Shown here: piece after piece, positions 1 through 9,533 of the stretch
Layout of the letters: the number at the start of each line of letters is the position of its first letter
Numbering within the stretch: the stretch's first letter is position 1
Assembly (NCBI RefSeq): GCF_902713615.1
Contig: NW_024055487.1
Location: 205,500 to 269,499, forward strand
Reading direction: 5' to 3'
Source of the DNA: Scyliorhinus canicula
Taxonomy: Eukaryota
DNA length: 64,000 bases
Notes under the pieces: model-generated
Databases searched by the model: none
Told to the model about the DNA's origin: nothing
What the model saw: the letters and a program-made list of their open reading frames with translations, nothing else
Program-made: the position numbers and the translations under genes

Positions 1-253
1 GCTTTTTTCTGTAGGATTTCAGAATGCTGCATTAATAATAGAAGAGAGCATTCCGCCGTTAGAGATTTGCTGAACAAATTCTTCAGTTCAATATAGGTTC
101 TTCTACTGGCTTGTAAGTTTAGACATCTGTTTTAAAGAAATAGACGTGTTCTTGTGAGAAGTGACATGGCCTCTCAGCCGAACCATGCGAAGCTGCAACA
201 AGGCAGTTGAGTTGAAGGTGACACAGGTCCGTTTGGAGTCTGCGCTGCCAGCT

Positions 254-326
254 GTTTCTGTAGTGCAGTGGTTATCACATTCGCTCTACGCGCGAATGGT
301 CCCTGGTTCGAAACCGGGCAGAAACA
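254..326 (+). tRNA. tRNA-Val(TAC) variant, possibly non-functional
   Basis: GTTTCTGTAGTG...GGTTCGAAACCGGGCAGAAACA, 73 nt with a perfect acceptor stem. The anticodon loop TC-TAC-GC has C at the normally invariant U33. Confidence 0.8.
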
Positions 327-420
327 TCTGGTGCTTCCAGTTTAGTCTGTCGCTAAATATTACCTCAATCTCGTAACTGGTCTTCATCATCGAGGAATAG
401 CAAAAAACTATAACTGCTGT

Positions 421-493
421 GGGCCAGTGGCGCAATGTATAACGCGTCTGATTACGAATCAGGAGATTCCAGGTTCGACTCCTGACTGGCTCG
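421..493 (+). tRNA. tRNA-Arg(ACG) variant, probable pseudogene
   Basis: GGGCCAGTGGCGCAATG...GGTTCGACTCCTGACTGGCTCG with anticodon ACG. D-loop GG is changed to GT and there is a T-stem mismatch. Confidence 0.8.
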
Positions 494-503
494 CAGTTCC
501 CAG

Positions 504-509
504 TTTTTT
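504..509 (+). terminator. Pol III terminator (T6)
   Basis: First run of 4 or more T downstream of both Val(254) and Arg(421). Confidence 0.6.
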
Positions 510-654
510 GAAAGGTGATGGTGAAAGACGAACTTTGTTGTCCTGTCGACAACTGCCGCCTGACTACTGAGATCTTGGAGTACTTTTGGCGTTCTCCGCA
601 GATGTTAGATTGACTTTCGATGGCAACGACAGTATGCTTTGACTCATTTCGCGG

Positions 655-744
655 GGCTCGTTGGTCTAGGGGTATGATTCTCGCTTTGGGTGTGTCGCTG
701 TCGGAATTTGCGAGAAGTCTCGGGTTCAAATCCCGGACGAGCCC
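655..744 (+). tRNA. tRNA-Pro(TGG) with 18-nt intron (691-708)
   Basis: Removing 691-708 (TGTGTCGCTGTCGGAATT) leaves a 72-nt Pro body with a perfect GGCTCGT/ACGAGCC acceptor stem. The insert lies between nt 37 and 38, and a T4 terminator follows ~10 nt downstream. Confidence 0.85.
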
Positions 745-999
745 TTCGATGAGGTTTTCCGTTGGTCAAACCGCAGGTTTTCTTCATTTCTTTGCGGCGG
801 AGACAGCGGGATTCATTCACATTGGGTTTGCTTTGAGAAGCTGAGCTCAAACTGCATGGAACCAATACGTTCCCGAGAAGCTTGTCGATGTGTGGGCGTT
901 CACATTTCTATTGACTAATTCTGATGGACTCAGACAGCTCTTTGTCCCTTTCATTTTATCAGTTCAACAACTTCAGACAGTGAACTCTCACTTCCCCCT

Positions 1000-1400
1000 C
1001 CACCACATGTTTTTTCCATCAACTTTTCATTCCGTCCATTGCCCTCAACATTGCCCCCCTCCCCCCAGCCCATACCATCCTACTTGATCAATCAGATCCC
1101 TGTTTGTAATTGTTCTCTGACGCACTGCTTACCTTTGTTCTGCCATTAACACATTCTGACCGCTAAATGCACCATCAGCACCATTCATAGCCTTGATTAG
1201 CCTCATTTACATTCCCTTTTTCTTTCTGCCCTAGACATTTTCGTCATTTCCCACCTATTGCTAGCCCTCTATCGAGGCCCTTGACTGGAAACAACAGCTG
1301 CCATTTCGCTCCCCAGACGCTGTCAGACCTGCTGAGATTGTCCAGTATCTTCTGTTTTTGTTTACGTTTGAAGCATCCGCAGTAAGTTGCAGTTGTCACA
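1000..1400. mobile_element. Degenerate interspersed repeat, probably a Penelope-like terminal remnant
   Basis: The motif CTGTCAGACCTGCTGAG...GAAGCATCCGCAGTAAGTTGC recurs in both orientations at ~10.2, 12.3, 15.0, 40.9 and 45.2 kb. Family assignment is from recall only. Confidence 0.4.
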
Positions 1401-1690
1401 CATTTAGACATGTTTGAGATGGTGATTAAATATGTTCATTTGTAAATCGCTGAAACTCTGTTGTGGATGAACTAGCTGCAAATATCCGAGCTGTGCAAGG
1501 TCTGAAAATTCTTCACCTCTCATTGCCTACCGAAAATTCAGTGCTTGGGCCTTAATGTTCAATTCAGTGTAGTGGCTCATGTGAGACGAAATTTCATAGT
1601 CCTGGAACACACGAGATTCCGGCAACATTCAGGAACAGAATTATTTTGTGACCAATAATTGTGCAAACTTTTCTCACACGAAATGGTCGA

Positions 1691-1763
1691 TGTTTCTGCC
1701 CGGTTTCGGACCGGGGACCTTTCGGGCGTGAGGCGAATGTGATAACCACTACACTACAGAAAC
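1691..1763 (-). pseudogene. tRNA-Val(CAC) probable pseudogene
   Basis: The reverse complement gives a Val body with anticodon CAC, a C31:C39 mismatch and T55 changed to C. Confidence 0.75.
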
Positions 1764-2992
1764 CGCTGGCAATCAATGGACGTGCGGAATGTACAACCTC
1801 ACTGTGTTGCTGCAGATTCTGATGGTCTGTTTGAGAGGCCAGGCCCCTTGTTACAGACGACAGCTGTTTCTTAAATTAACAGATGTCTCAACATATAAAG
1901 CCGTGAGATGTAGAAATTATATCGAAATTAACATAAGATATATTTTGCTTAATGTCGGTCTCAAATTTGTGCTCTTTGGTCTCGAGGTCTGGTTCTCGTT
2001 TAGGGATTTTCAATCAATGCCTATGGGAGCGGTCGTGGGTTTAAATCCAGGACAAGCCCTTTACTGCAGGTCAGAGATTATGAATTGTTTGCGATGCTGA
2101 CGGCGGGGTTGATTTACATTGGCCCACTCTGAAAAAGATTTCTCAGGACTCGGAATGTTTACGTCGTTTCTCTCCCCACAGATGATGCTCGAGAGAGAGA
2201 CAGTGTCTGAGCTGGAGTGCGTTTGGATAAAATTGATGCTCCAGATCTGTGTTAACCACAGGGACGTGACCCATCTGATCCACAGAGCCAAAGTGGAGAA
2301 TTGAACTGGCTGGAGAGCTGGATCTTAACGCTGACATCCCGGACCTCGGCGTCGTGAAATGTTCCAAAGAAGCTCAACAGACACTCGAGGAACAGCAGCG
2401 CATCTTTCCACTGGGCTCAATACAGCTTTCACACTCAGTGTGTGTTCACAGTTTCACACTGTAAATGCTGCACCCATTTTGTGTGTCCTTACATCGCAGA
2501 CTTGGGTTTCAATCTTGTTTCCACTTGTTCTTTGTGTCCAGGCGGTAGTTGTTGATCAATCTGCCATCGATAGCCACTCGAGACATACCTCTTGTTTCTT
2601 TGTTTCTTCCATTCCGCTAACAGGGAGCTGGCACAGACACGGCGGCCGGAATGGCCTCATACTGTTGTCTCATTCTTCTCTGATTTGATGCTAACCTAAC
2701 TCTGTGGCCAGGGTCCCATGGCCTCTTCTCGTTTAATCTCTCCTGACTTGCCCCCTATTAGAGCCCTTTCCTGTTGTTCTGTTTCATCCCTCTGAGAGTT
2801 CAATTGGTTAAGACGTACTACATTTCTAACCTGTCCCGGTTTTAATGAAAGGTGATGGTGAAAGACGAACATTGTTGTCCTGTCGACAAATACCGCCTGA
2901 TTACCTGAGATGGTGCAGTACTTTTGGCGTTCTCCGCAGATGTTAGATTGATTTTCGATAGCAATGACAGTATGCTTTGGCTCTTTTCGCGG

Positions 2993-3058
2993 GACGCGTT
3001 GGTCTAGGGGTATGATTCTCGCTTTGGGTGTCTCGCTGTCGGAATTTGCAAGAGGTCC
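2993..3058 (+). pseudogene. 3'-truncated intron-containing tRNA-Pro(TGG)
   Basis: Pro 5' half plus intron 3029-3046 (TGTCTCGCTGTCGGAATT). The sequence breaks off just before the B box. Confidence 0.8.
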
Positions 3059-3499
3059 AGCAGGCCGTATCCTTCAATGGTGCGGCGATCCCAATACCGC
3101 AGCCGGCTCACGGTACTTGTTATCACAACATTATCACATCTTGCTTTATTGCAGCAGAGAAATGCATTCCTCTGATTGCCAGTGACACGCCAGTGAAAGA
3201 CAAGGCCAGTAAAATTGGGAGGCCAATACCTGGACATAAATATGTACGTAGAAATCCTGGAAGTTTGTCACTCGCGGAATTATTATAGTGTCAGGAATGT
3301 TATAGCAATCAGAATCAGAGATGCACAGAACCAAGCAATTCAGATGAGGCCTTCCGGTCAATTGAGTCTGCACCAACATGTGAAAAATACAGGACTAACT
3401 ACAGGACCTCATTTGTCAGCACGTGTTCCATAGCCTTGAATGTGAAGACGTGCCATGTGTTCAGCCAGGTACTATTTAATGGATGTGAAGTACACTGCC

Positions 3500-3690
3500 T
3501 GTACCACCCTCCCACGTAGTTTACTCCAGACAGTCACCATCCTCTGGCTAAATAAGATTTTCCTCAAATTCACCTTAACCTCCTGCCCCTCACCTTGAAC
3601 TTGTGTCCCCCCGTAACTGACCCTTCAACTAAGGGGAACAACTGCTCCCTAACCACCCTGCCATGCCCCTCATAATCCTGTACACCCAAA
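3500..3690 (-). mobile_element. CR1 LINE 3' ORF2 fragment
   Basis: The minus-strand translation resembles CR1 C-terminal motifs (LFPLVEGSVTGGHKFKVRG). Confidence 0.65.
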
Positions 3691-3912
3691 ACTATGTAAC
3701 GTCTCTTCATAACATAAATGGCGAAGTATGTCCCTGATCTGCGTGGGAATCGAACAGAAGACATGTCGTGTCAACAGAAATTTCAGGTATTTTCGATCGA
3801 AAAATTGATTTCTATTAAAGTCTAAACCTGGCACCATGTGCTTCCCATGTCCCAACTGATAGTAATTCTCATGTTGCTTGGCGGTTATTATACATTAAGC
3901 GTACATTGTCGT

Positions 3913-4221
3913 AATAATAATCTTCACTAGTGTCATAAGTAGGCTTACATTAACACTGCAATGAAGTTACTGTGAAAATTCCCGAGTCACCACACTCCGG
4001 CCCCTGTTCAGGTACCCAGAGGGAGAATTCAGAATGTCCAATTCACCTAACAGCACGTCTTTTCGGGACTTGAGGGAGGAAACCGGAGCACCCGGAGGAA
4101 ACCCACGTAGACACGGGGAGGACGTGTAGACTCCGCACAGATAGAGAACTAAGCCGGGAATCGAACGTGGGTCCTTGGAGCATGAGGCAGCAGAGCAACC
4201 CACTGAGCCAAAGTGCCGCCC
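3913..4221 (-). mobile_element. tRNA-derived shark SINE (paralog at ~41709-42016)
   Basis: B-box-like GTTCGATTCCCGG head, conserved GGTTTCCTCCGGGTGCTCCGGTTTCCTCCC core and (ATT)n tail. Confidence 0.75.
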
Positions 4222-4675
4222 ATTAAGTACCGTGTACATTTTATACCGCAGTACGTATTGATCCATTCTGCTTATCGTTAAAAGAACAGGTAACGAGGAG
4301 TCTTTGTCCTTGGACTTTCTGCAAGAGAAGGCCATTATTTTCGTCCATCTCCTCAGTTGATTGCCACCCTCTGCTGGTATGTAGATATTCTGGTTTTAAA
4401 GTTACAATACAATTTGCGGTATGATAGACCATAATAAGACCATAAGACTATTAGACATAGGAGCAGAATTAGGTCACTTGGCCCATCGAGTCCGCTCTGC
4501 CATTCAATCATGGCTGATATTTTCAACCATAGCTCTCAAGATTTCCCAAACTATTCCTCTCTTGATCTACACAAGGACAGAGACATGTCCGGTAAATAGA
4601 CATGATTGCTTGCCTGAGCCTGGGATCAATTCCTTCTCGGAAAGGAACCTCAGTGATGCTGTAAACACTCACTCA

Positions 4676-4714
4676 GGGTTATGTACGGGGCTTTAGGTTT
4701 TCTCGAACGCTGTT
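4676..4714 (-). other. Degenerate 23-RSS
   Basis: AACAGCG + 23 nt + ACATAACCC. The essential first C of the heptamer is lost. Confidence 0.75.
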
Positions 4715-5426
4715 TCTCAGTGCGCAGTAATAGACCTCCCCATCCTCCACATCGAATGCGCTTATACTGAGGTAACCGTTCTGTTTAGATCTGTCAGCAA
4801 ACGCCAGATATCGTCCTGAACCCACATCTTTCTTCATTGCTGAGTTGTTGGTGATAATCCATCTCAGTGGCTGTGCCGGTTTCTCCTGATATCATTGCAT
4901 TTTGTACATGTTGGGGCCTTTATATTGGCAATTTAACTTCACCGAAGCCCCTTCTGAGACTGTTATTGTCACTGGTGACTGAGCTACTGGATTGAACATT
5001 GCCGGCCTGCGAAAGTGAAGGACTGAAATGAACAGATTGTTGTTCCTTTATAAAGTTAGAGTTTGTTCAATTAAGAGGTGCTTTTTAGCGTGGCTAGTCC
5101 ACTTAGCCTGTACATCTAGGTTGTGGGAGTGAGAATGTTCAAACACCACACGGACAGTGATCTGGGACCGGGATCGAACCTGTGTCCTCAGTGCAATGAG
5201 GCAGCAGTGCCAACCATTGCGCCACAGTCCCGCCCTGAGTTTAAACAGAGTTGATACAAATTTGCTTGTATTTGCGGCATTTTCTGGGACCTCTGATGAA
5301 GGCACTTCTTAGACATTCCCGATCGTTAATTATACTCTAGCCTATGTGTATTAATATGCTAATCTGGTTTAATTAACACTATAACTACTTACTGTGCCAA
5401 AGCGCCGCCAGTATTATCACAACCAT
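4715..5426 (-). pseudogene. TCR alpha/delta-type V pseudogene (leader 5426-5393, V exon 5006-4715)
   Basis: Leader MVVIILAALWH with a GTAAGT donor. V exon PVAQSP...KLNCQY...MQ*YQEKP...DGEVYYCALR has the conserved Trp41 codon as TGA, and the leader and V phases do not match. Confidence 0.85.
5091..5235 (-). mobile_element. SINE 5' fragment inside the V leader intron (paralog at ~42877-43020)
   Basis: tRNA-like head with GGTTCGATCCCGG on the minus strand. Confidence 0.6.
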
Positions 5427-5522
5427 GTCTGACTGAATCTCTCTCAGTGAACTGGACTGGACTGAGTCAGGGATTGTGTTGGAGAGAGGGAACTGAGTGC
5501 AGTGCAGGGAGAGGGTCTATTG

Positions 5523-5532
5523 TGACATCACT
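5523..5532 (-). promoter_or_regulatory. TCR-V promoter CRE-like decamer AGTGATGTCA
   Basis: Exact decamer ~100 nt upstream of the leader ATG, matching the conserved TCR V promoter decamer; repeated at 43303-43312. Confidence 0.6.
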
Positions 5533-6062
5533 GGCCTCCCATCCTATCGGCTTGGCCGACACCATCAGGTGAGTTTCTGACGCCCGTGCTTGAATTTGGC
5601 GCCCTCTGCTGCCGGATTCGGTTTACTCCGTGTTAGAATTCGGCTGTTGAGTGGATTCAGTGTTGACTGCAATGCATATCAGGGCGAGAAACCTGGACAG
5701 AAATCTAAATTTCAGCTGTTAATACACTATCTTTGTCACTATAGGTGTTTCTAATCAAAAAATGATGCTTAATCTGTAGTTCTCGGTTCACACCATGGAT
5801 GCGATGAAGTCGAAAGAATGCCAAGATTTTGGTGGACATGCGGAGGTTAGAACTCAGAATAATAGCAGTTTATTGTGGTTCTGACGAAGAAGGTACAAAA
5901 GGTGAACTGCTCTGAACATCGCTTTTTTCAGAGACCAGATTATCTGGGATTATTTTTATTATCTGAAGGTTAAATGTCCTATAAAGAAGATAGGTGAATG
6001 ATATTTCATGCTGCAAGTGTTTGCGAGACAATTATTCTGAGTCTTTGAATGGATCAGCACCG

Positions 6063-6134
6063 AGGCACGGGCGGGATTTGAACCCGCGATTTTTGGTTTA
6101 CGAAACCAACGCCTTTCCTCTTGGCCACCGCACC
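6063..6134 (-). tRNA. tRNA-Thr(CGT)
   Basis: GGTGCGGTGGCCAAG...TTGGT-TTCGTAA-ACCAA...GGTTCAAATCCCGCCCGTGCCT, 72 nt; all stems pair, with G-U wobbles. Confidence 0.75.
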
Positions 6135-7345
6135 TTCTGCAAGCAAGTGAGGTTGATTGCACTGTGAGTTGTTATCATTTGGAGTCTGGCGAAACAATTG
6201 ATGAGAGAAGAAGAATCAATAGAACATTTCAAAAAGCATTGTCAGAACTTGAGAACGGAAAACCCCGCGGGATTTAAATGCAGGTTGAAAAGGGCAATAG
6301 AAAAAGTTATTTCAAATAGGCGCAGGTAGCGTCAGTTCAATCTGCCCCCACCCCTCCGACACTATATTGTTCTCAGTGAGTTGAGCAGGTGCAGGACGGT
6401 CACGGGATGCTGGGTGCTCAACTGTCGCTATTTCCGCCCCATCACTTGTGACTGCAGCTGATGACCGCCGCACAATTTTCAGCTTTGAGTCTGCGGTGCC
6501 CCGGTCACAGTTTCCGTGTGATGCCCTCGCTCCAACACCATTGGGATATTCTAGACATTGCTGCCGCTGCTCGATTCCTGTCATTGGTTGGATCAGCAAT
6601 GCAGTGGGACCTGAATCTGGATTGCTGCTCTGACAGATAATTGCCTGCCCTGAAGAGCGATTGATTCAGGAACGATCGCGGGGAACTGCCTCGTCACCCT
6701 CTTCGTTATGATCTTGCTACTCAGTATTTCCTTCAATGCAAAACCCCCATTCTCCCCTTACTGAGTAACCAGATATTATTGTTAATTAAATAATAATGAG
6801 TATGGTGCAGGTGACCGTTACGTTGGTCAATATGAGGCTGATTCTGAATTTTGAGATTATTATTGTTTTCTGTTCGTTTCTATCAGACTGGAGCCACCAA
6901 GACCCAGTGGAACATCTGGACGCTGAAATGAGGGTTGAAGAGGATACTGACGCCACACAGCAGTACAATCGATACTGACGATCCTGATACACAGTCAGCA
7001 TCCGGGCAGCCTGCACGGTTCATATTCCGTCTGATTGGAGAGAATCTGCGTAGCAGCAAATGTAGAAGTGATCGCAATATGACACATATATAGAGAAATA
7101 CCAGCACACAAATATAGAGATCCCTATATGTGTCTGTGCCGTCAATCACATTATAGCAGAAAGGCAGTGGGTCCCAGAAACAAACCGACACCAAGAGGGG
7201 TAGGAGTATATGTGTGTGTGTGTGTGTGTGGTGGGGGGGGGGGGGGGGGGGGGCTGATATTCATCTCTCAAGGTGGATGCGAGAGGGCGGTCAGAAAGAC
7301 CATCGCCATTTAAGATTATGTGAAAATGGAGCAAGACGGGTTATT

Positions 7346-8222
7346 GGATTGGATTTGTTTATTACCGAGGTACAGTGAAAAGTATTTTTCTGCAAGCAGC
7401 TCAACAGATCATTCAGTACATGGAAGAAAAGGGAATTAAACAAATTTCAAGAAAATACATGGGACTACATAATAGGGCAACACAAGATATACAATGTAAC
7501 TACATATGCATTGGCATCGGTTGAAGCACACAGGGTGTAGTGTTAATGAGGTCAGTCAATAAGAGAGTCATTTCGGAGTCTGGTGACAGTGGGGAAACTG
7601 CTAACCATCTCCACCTCGTCCACGTTGATGCTGATAGGGGTGTGTACAGTACTTTGCTTCCTGAAGTCGATGACCAGCTCTTTAGTTTTGCTGGCATTGA
7701 GGGAGAGATTGTTGTCGGTACACCACTCCACTAGGTTCTCTATCTCCCTCCTGTATTCGGACTCGTCGTTATTCAAGATCCGGCCCACTCTGGTCGTATC
7801 GTCAGCCAACTTGTAGATGGAGTTGGAACCAAGTTTTGCCACGCAGTCGTGTGTGTACAGAGAGTAGAGTAGGGGGCTAAGTACCCAACCTTGCGGGGCA
7901 ACAGTTTTGAGGACTATTGTGGAGGATGTGTTGGTGTTCATTCTTACTGACTGTGGTCTGTTGGTCAGAAAGTCAAGAATCCAGTTGCAGAGTGGGGGTG
8001 CCAAGTCCTAGGTTTTGGAGCTTTGATATGAGCTTGGCTGGGATTATGGTGTTGAAGGCGGAGCTGCAGTCAATAAATAGGAGTCCTTGTTTTCGAAATG
8101 CTCTCGGGATGAGCGTCGGGCCAGGAAAATGACGTCTGATGTGGACCGGTTGCAACGGTATGCAAATTGAAGTGGGGCAAGGCATTCCAGGAGTATGGAG
8201 GTGATGCGCTTAATGATCAGCC
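7346..8222 (-). mobile_element. Rex1/Babar-clade LINE fragment (RT)
   Basis: ORF 7552-8004 reads [17 protein letters not shown]...[18 protein letters not shown]...KLADDTT...[23 protein letters not shown], with a microsatellite 3' tail near 7346. Confidence 0.75.
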
Positions 8223-8305
8223 TCTCTAACCCGCTTGGTCTGCTTTCAAAGCCAGCGATTTAGCCCTGTCTTAAACAGATATCATCCAGGAGTGGAACAA
8301 CAATT

Positions 8306-8322
8306 CGTTTCTGGGTGGGATC

Positions 8323-8379
<57 letters not shown>
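8306..8379 (-). pseudogene. tRNA-Asn(GTT), two acceptor-stem mismatches
   Basis: GTCTCCGTGGCGCAATCGGTTAGCGCGTTCGGCTGTTAACCGAAAGG...; C3:A70 and C6:A67 mismatches. Confidence 0.75.
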
Positions 8380-8995
8380 GACCACAGGATCACAACTCTG
8401 TGCATTTCAACAGTGACCGCCAATCCTCTGATTGCCAGGGACCGAATGAGAATGCTGGCAATATTGGTCCCCTGAGGCAGTGCGGAAAATATCTGGAAGG
8501 AGCGTACACATGGTCCCGCGGGCATGGACATTTGTGAGACGTGGAATCATTACAGGCCCGTGGATTTTACAGAACTCACTTGGACAGCACCGCACTTTCG
8601 TTGAAACACGTCCCTTATCTGGGAACCTCCATAACAGAAAGCAGGAAATGTCAACATAGATTTGATGTATTTTCGATCAGAAAGTCGATGTTCCGCTGAA
8701 GACTACTGCGGGCTCAGACTCATTGGCATAAGGTCGACCTAAGTTAACGGTCCTGGAAGATTTTATTATCCCCACATCTGAGAACTTCCATTACTGCTGC
8801 TCGGAAGTGGATATTCCAAGCTTAAATTTACTGTGCATCGCGACATGCAGATTAATCTCACGAATCCGAAACGGCTTCTCTATTGACCTATACAAGGACA
8901 GAGACGGCAATGCAATTGTGGAGAAATAGACCTGAGTATTTTTCTGAATCCAGATCAAACCATCCTCCGGTACTGGATTGGAAAATACTCTCTGA

Positions 8996-9034
8996 GGCTT
9001 CCGTACGTGGTTGTAGCTGCTTTGTGACACTGTG
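8996..9034 (-). other. 23-RSS with consensus heptamer and weak nonamer
   Basis: CACAGTG + 23 nt + ACGGAAGCC. Confidence 0.75.
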
Positions 9035-9272
9035 CTCATTGCACAGTAATAGACCGCTCCATCCTCCACACTGAGCGCGTTTATATTGAGATAACCATTC
9101 TTTTTAGATTTGTTGGCAGCCGCCAGGTATCGTCCCGAGATCTCCTCTTTCTTCATCGTCAATATGTTAATGATAACCAATCTCGGCGGCTGTGCCGGCT
9201 TTTGCTGATACCATCGCATGTGGTACATCCGATCTGTATATCCGCAATCTAACTGCACTGAACCACCTTCTG
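9035..9272 (-). pseudogene. 5'-truncated TCR alpha/delta-type V fragment
   Basis: EGGSVQLDCGY...MRWYQQKPAQPPRL...EDGAVYYCAMS is open. The leader and the start of FR1 are replaced by the start of a Pro repeat unit at ~9273. Confidence 0.85.
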
Positions 9273-9443
9273 ATTTCTAACCTGTCCCGGTTTTTATGAA
9301 AGGTGATGGTGAAAGACGAACTTTGTTGTCCTGTCGACAAATGCCGCCTGACTACCTGAGATGGTGCAGTACTTTTGGCGTTCTCCGCAGATGTTAGATT
9401 GATTTTCGATGGCAATGACAGTATGCTTTGGCTCTTTTCGCGG

Positions 9444-9533
9444 GGCGCGTTGGTCTAGGGGTATGATTTTCGCTTTGGGTGTGTCGCTGTCGCAATTTGC
9501 GAGAGGTCCCGGGTTCAAATCCCGGACGAGCCC
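9444..9533 (+). tRNA. tRNA-Pro(TGG) with 18-nt intron (9480-9497), one acceptor mismatch
   Basis: Complete body; intron TGTGTCGCTGTCGCAATT at 37/38; G4:A69 mismatch. Confidence 0.8.

Larger units (their letters stand above)
510..2800. repeat. Segmental duplication block (Pro unit + inverted Val-CAC unit); paralog at ~44355-46720, partial copies at ~2820-3060, ~9275-10560 and ~46750-47170
   Basis: Long near-identical stretches visible by eye, e.g. GAAAGGTGATGGTGAAAGACGAAC and GAGAAGCTGAGCTCAAACTGCATGG. Confidence 0.85.
3654..6295. repeat. Segmental duplication (SINE + TCR-V pseudogene + tRNA-Thr); paralog at ~41451-44063
   Basis: Colinear near-identical sequence, including the same V stop codon and the same SINE insertions. 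Confidence 0.9.

Noticed and set aside
2110-2640. Possible coding exon or zinc-finger relic (duplicated at ~46030-46620)
   Set aside because: Stops occur in all frames in both copies and I recognise no domain; left unannotated pending TBLASTX.
3060-3420. Short Cys-containing ORFs on both strands
   Set aside because: No recognisable motif, splice signals or paralog in the window.
3720-3800. Additional tRNA on the minus strand (GTTCGATTCCC-like box; paralog at ~41520)
   Set aside because: Only a B-box-like motif; no cloverleaf could be built.
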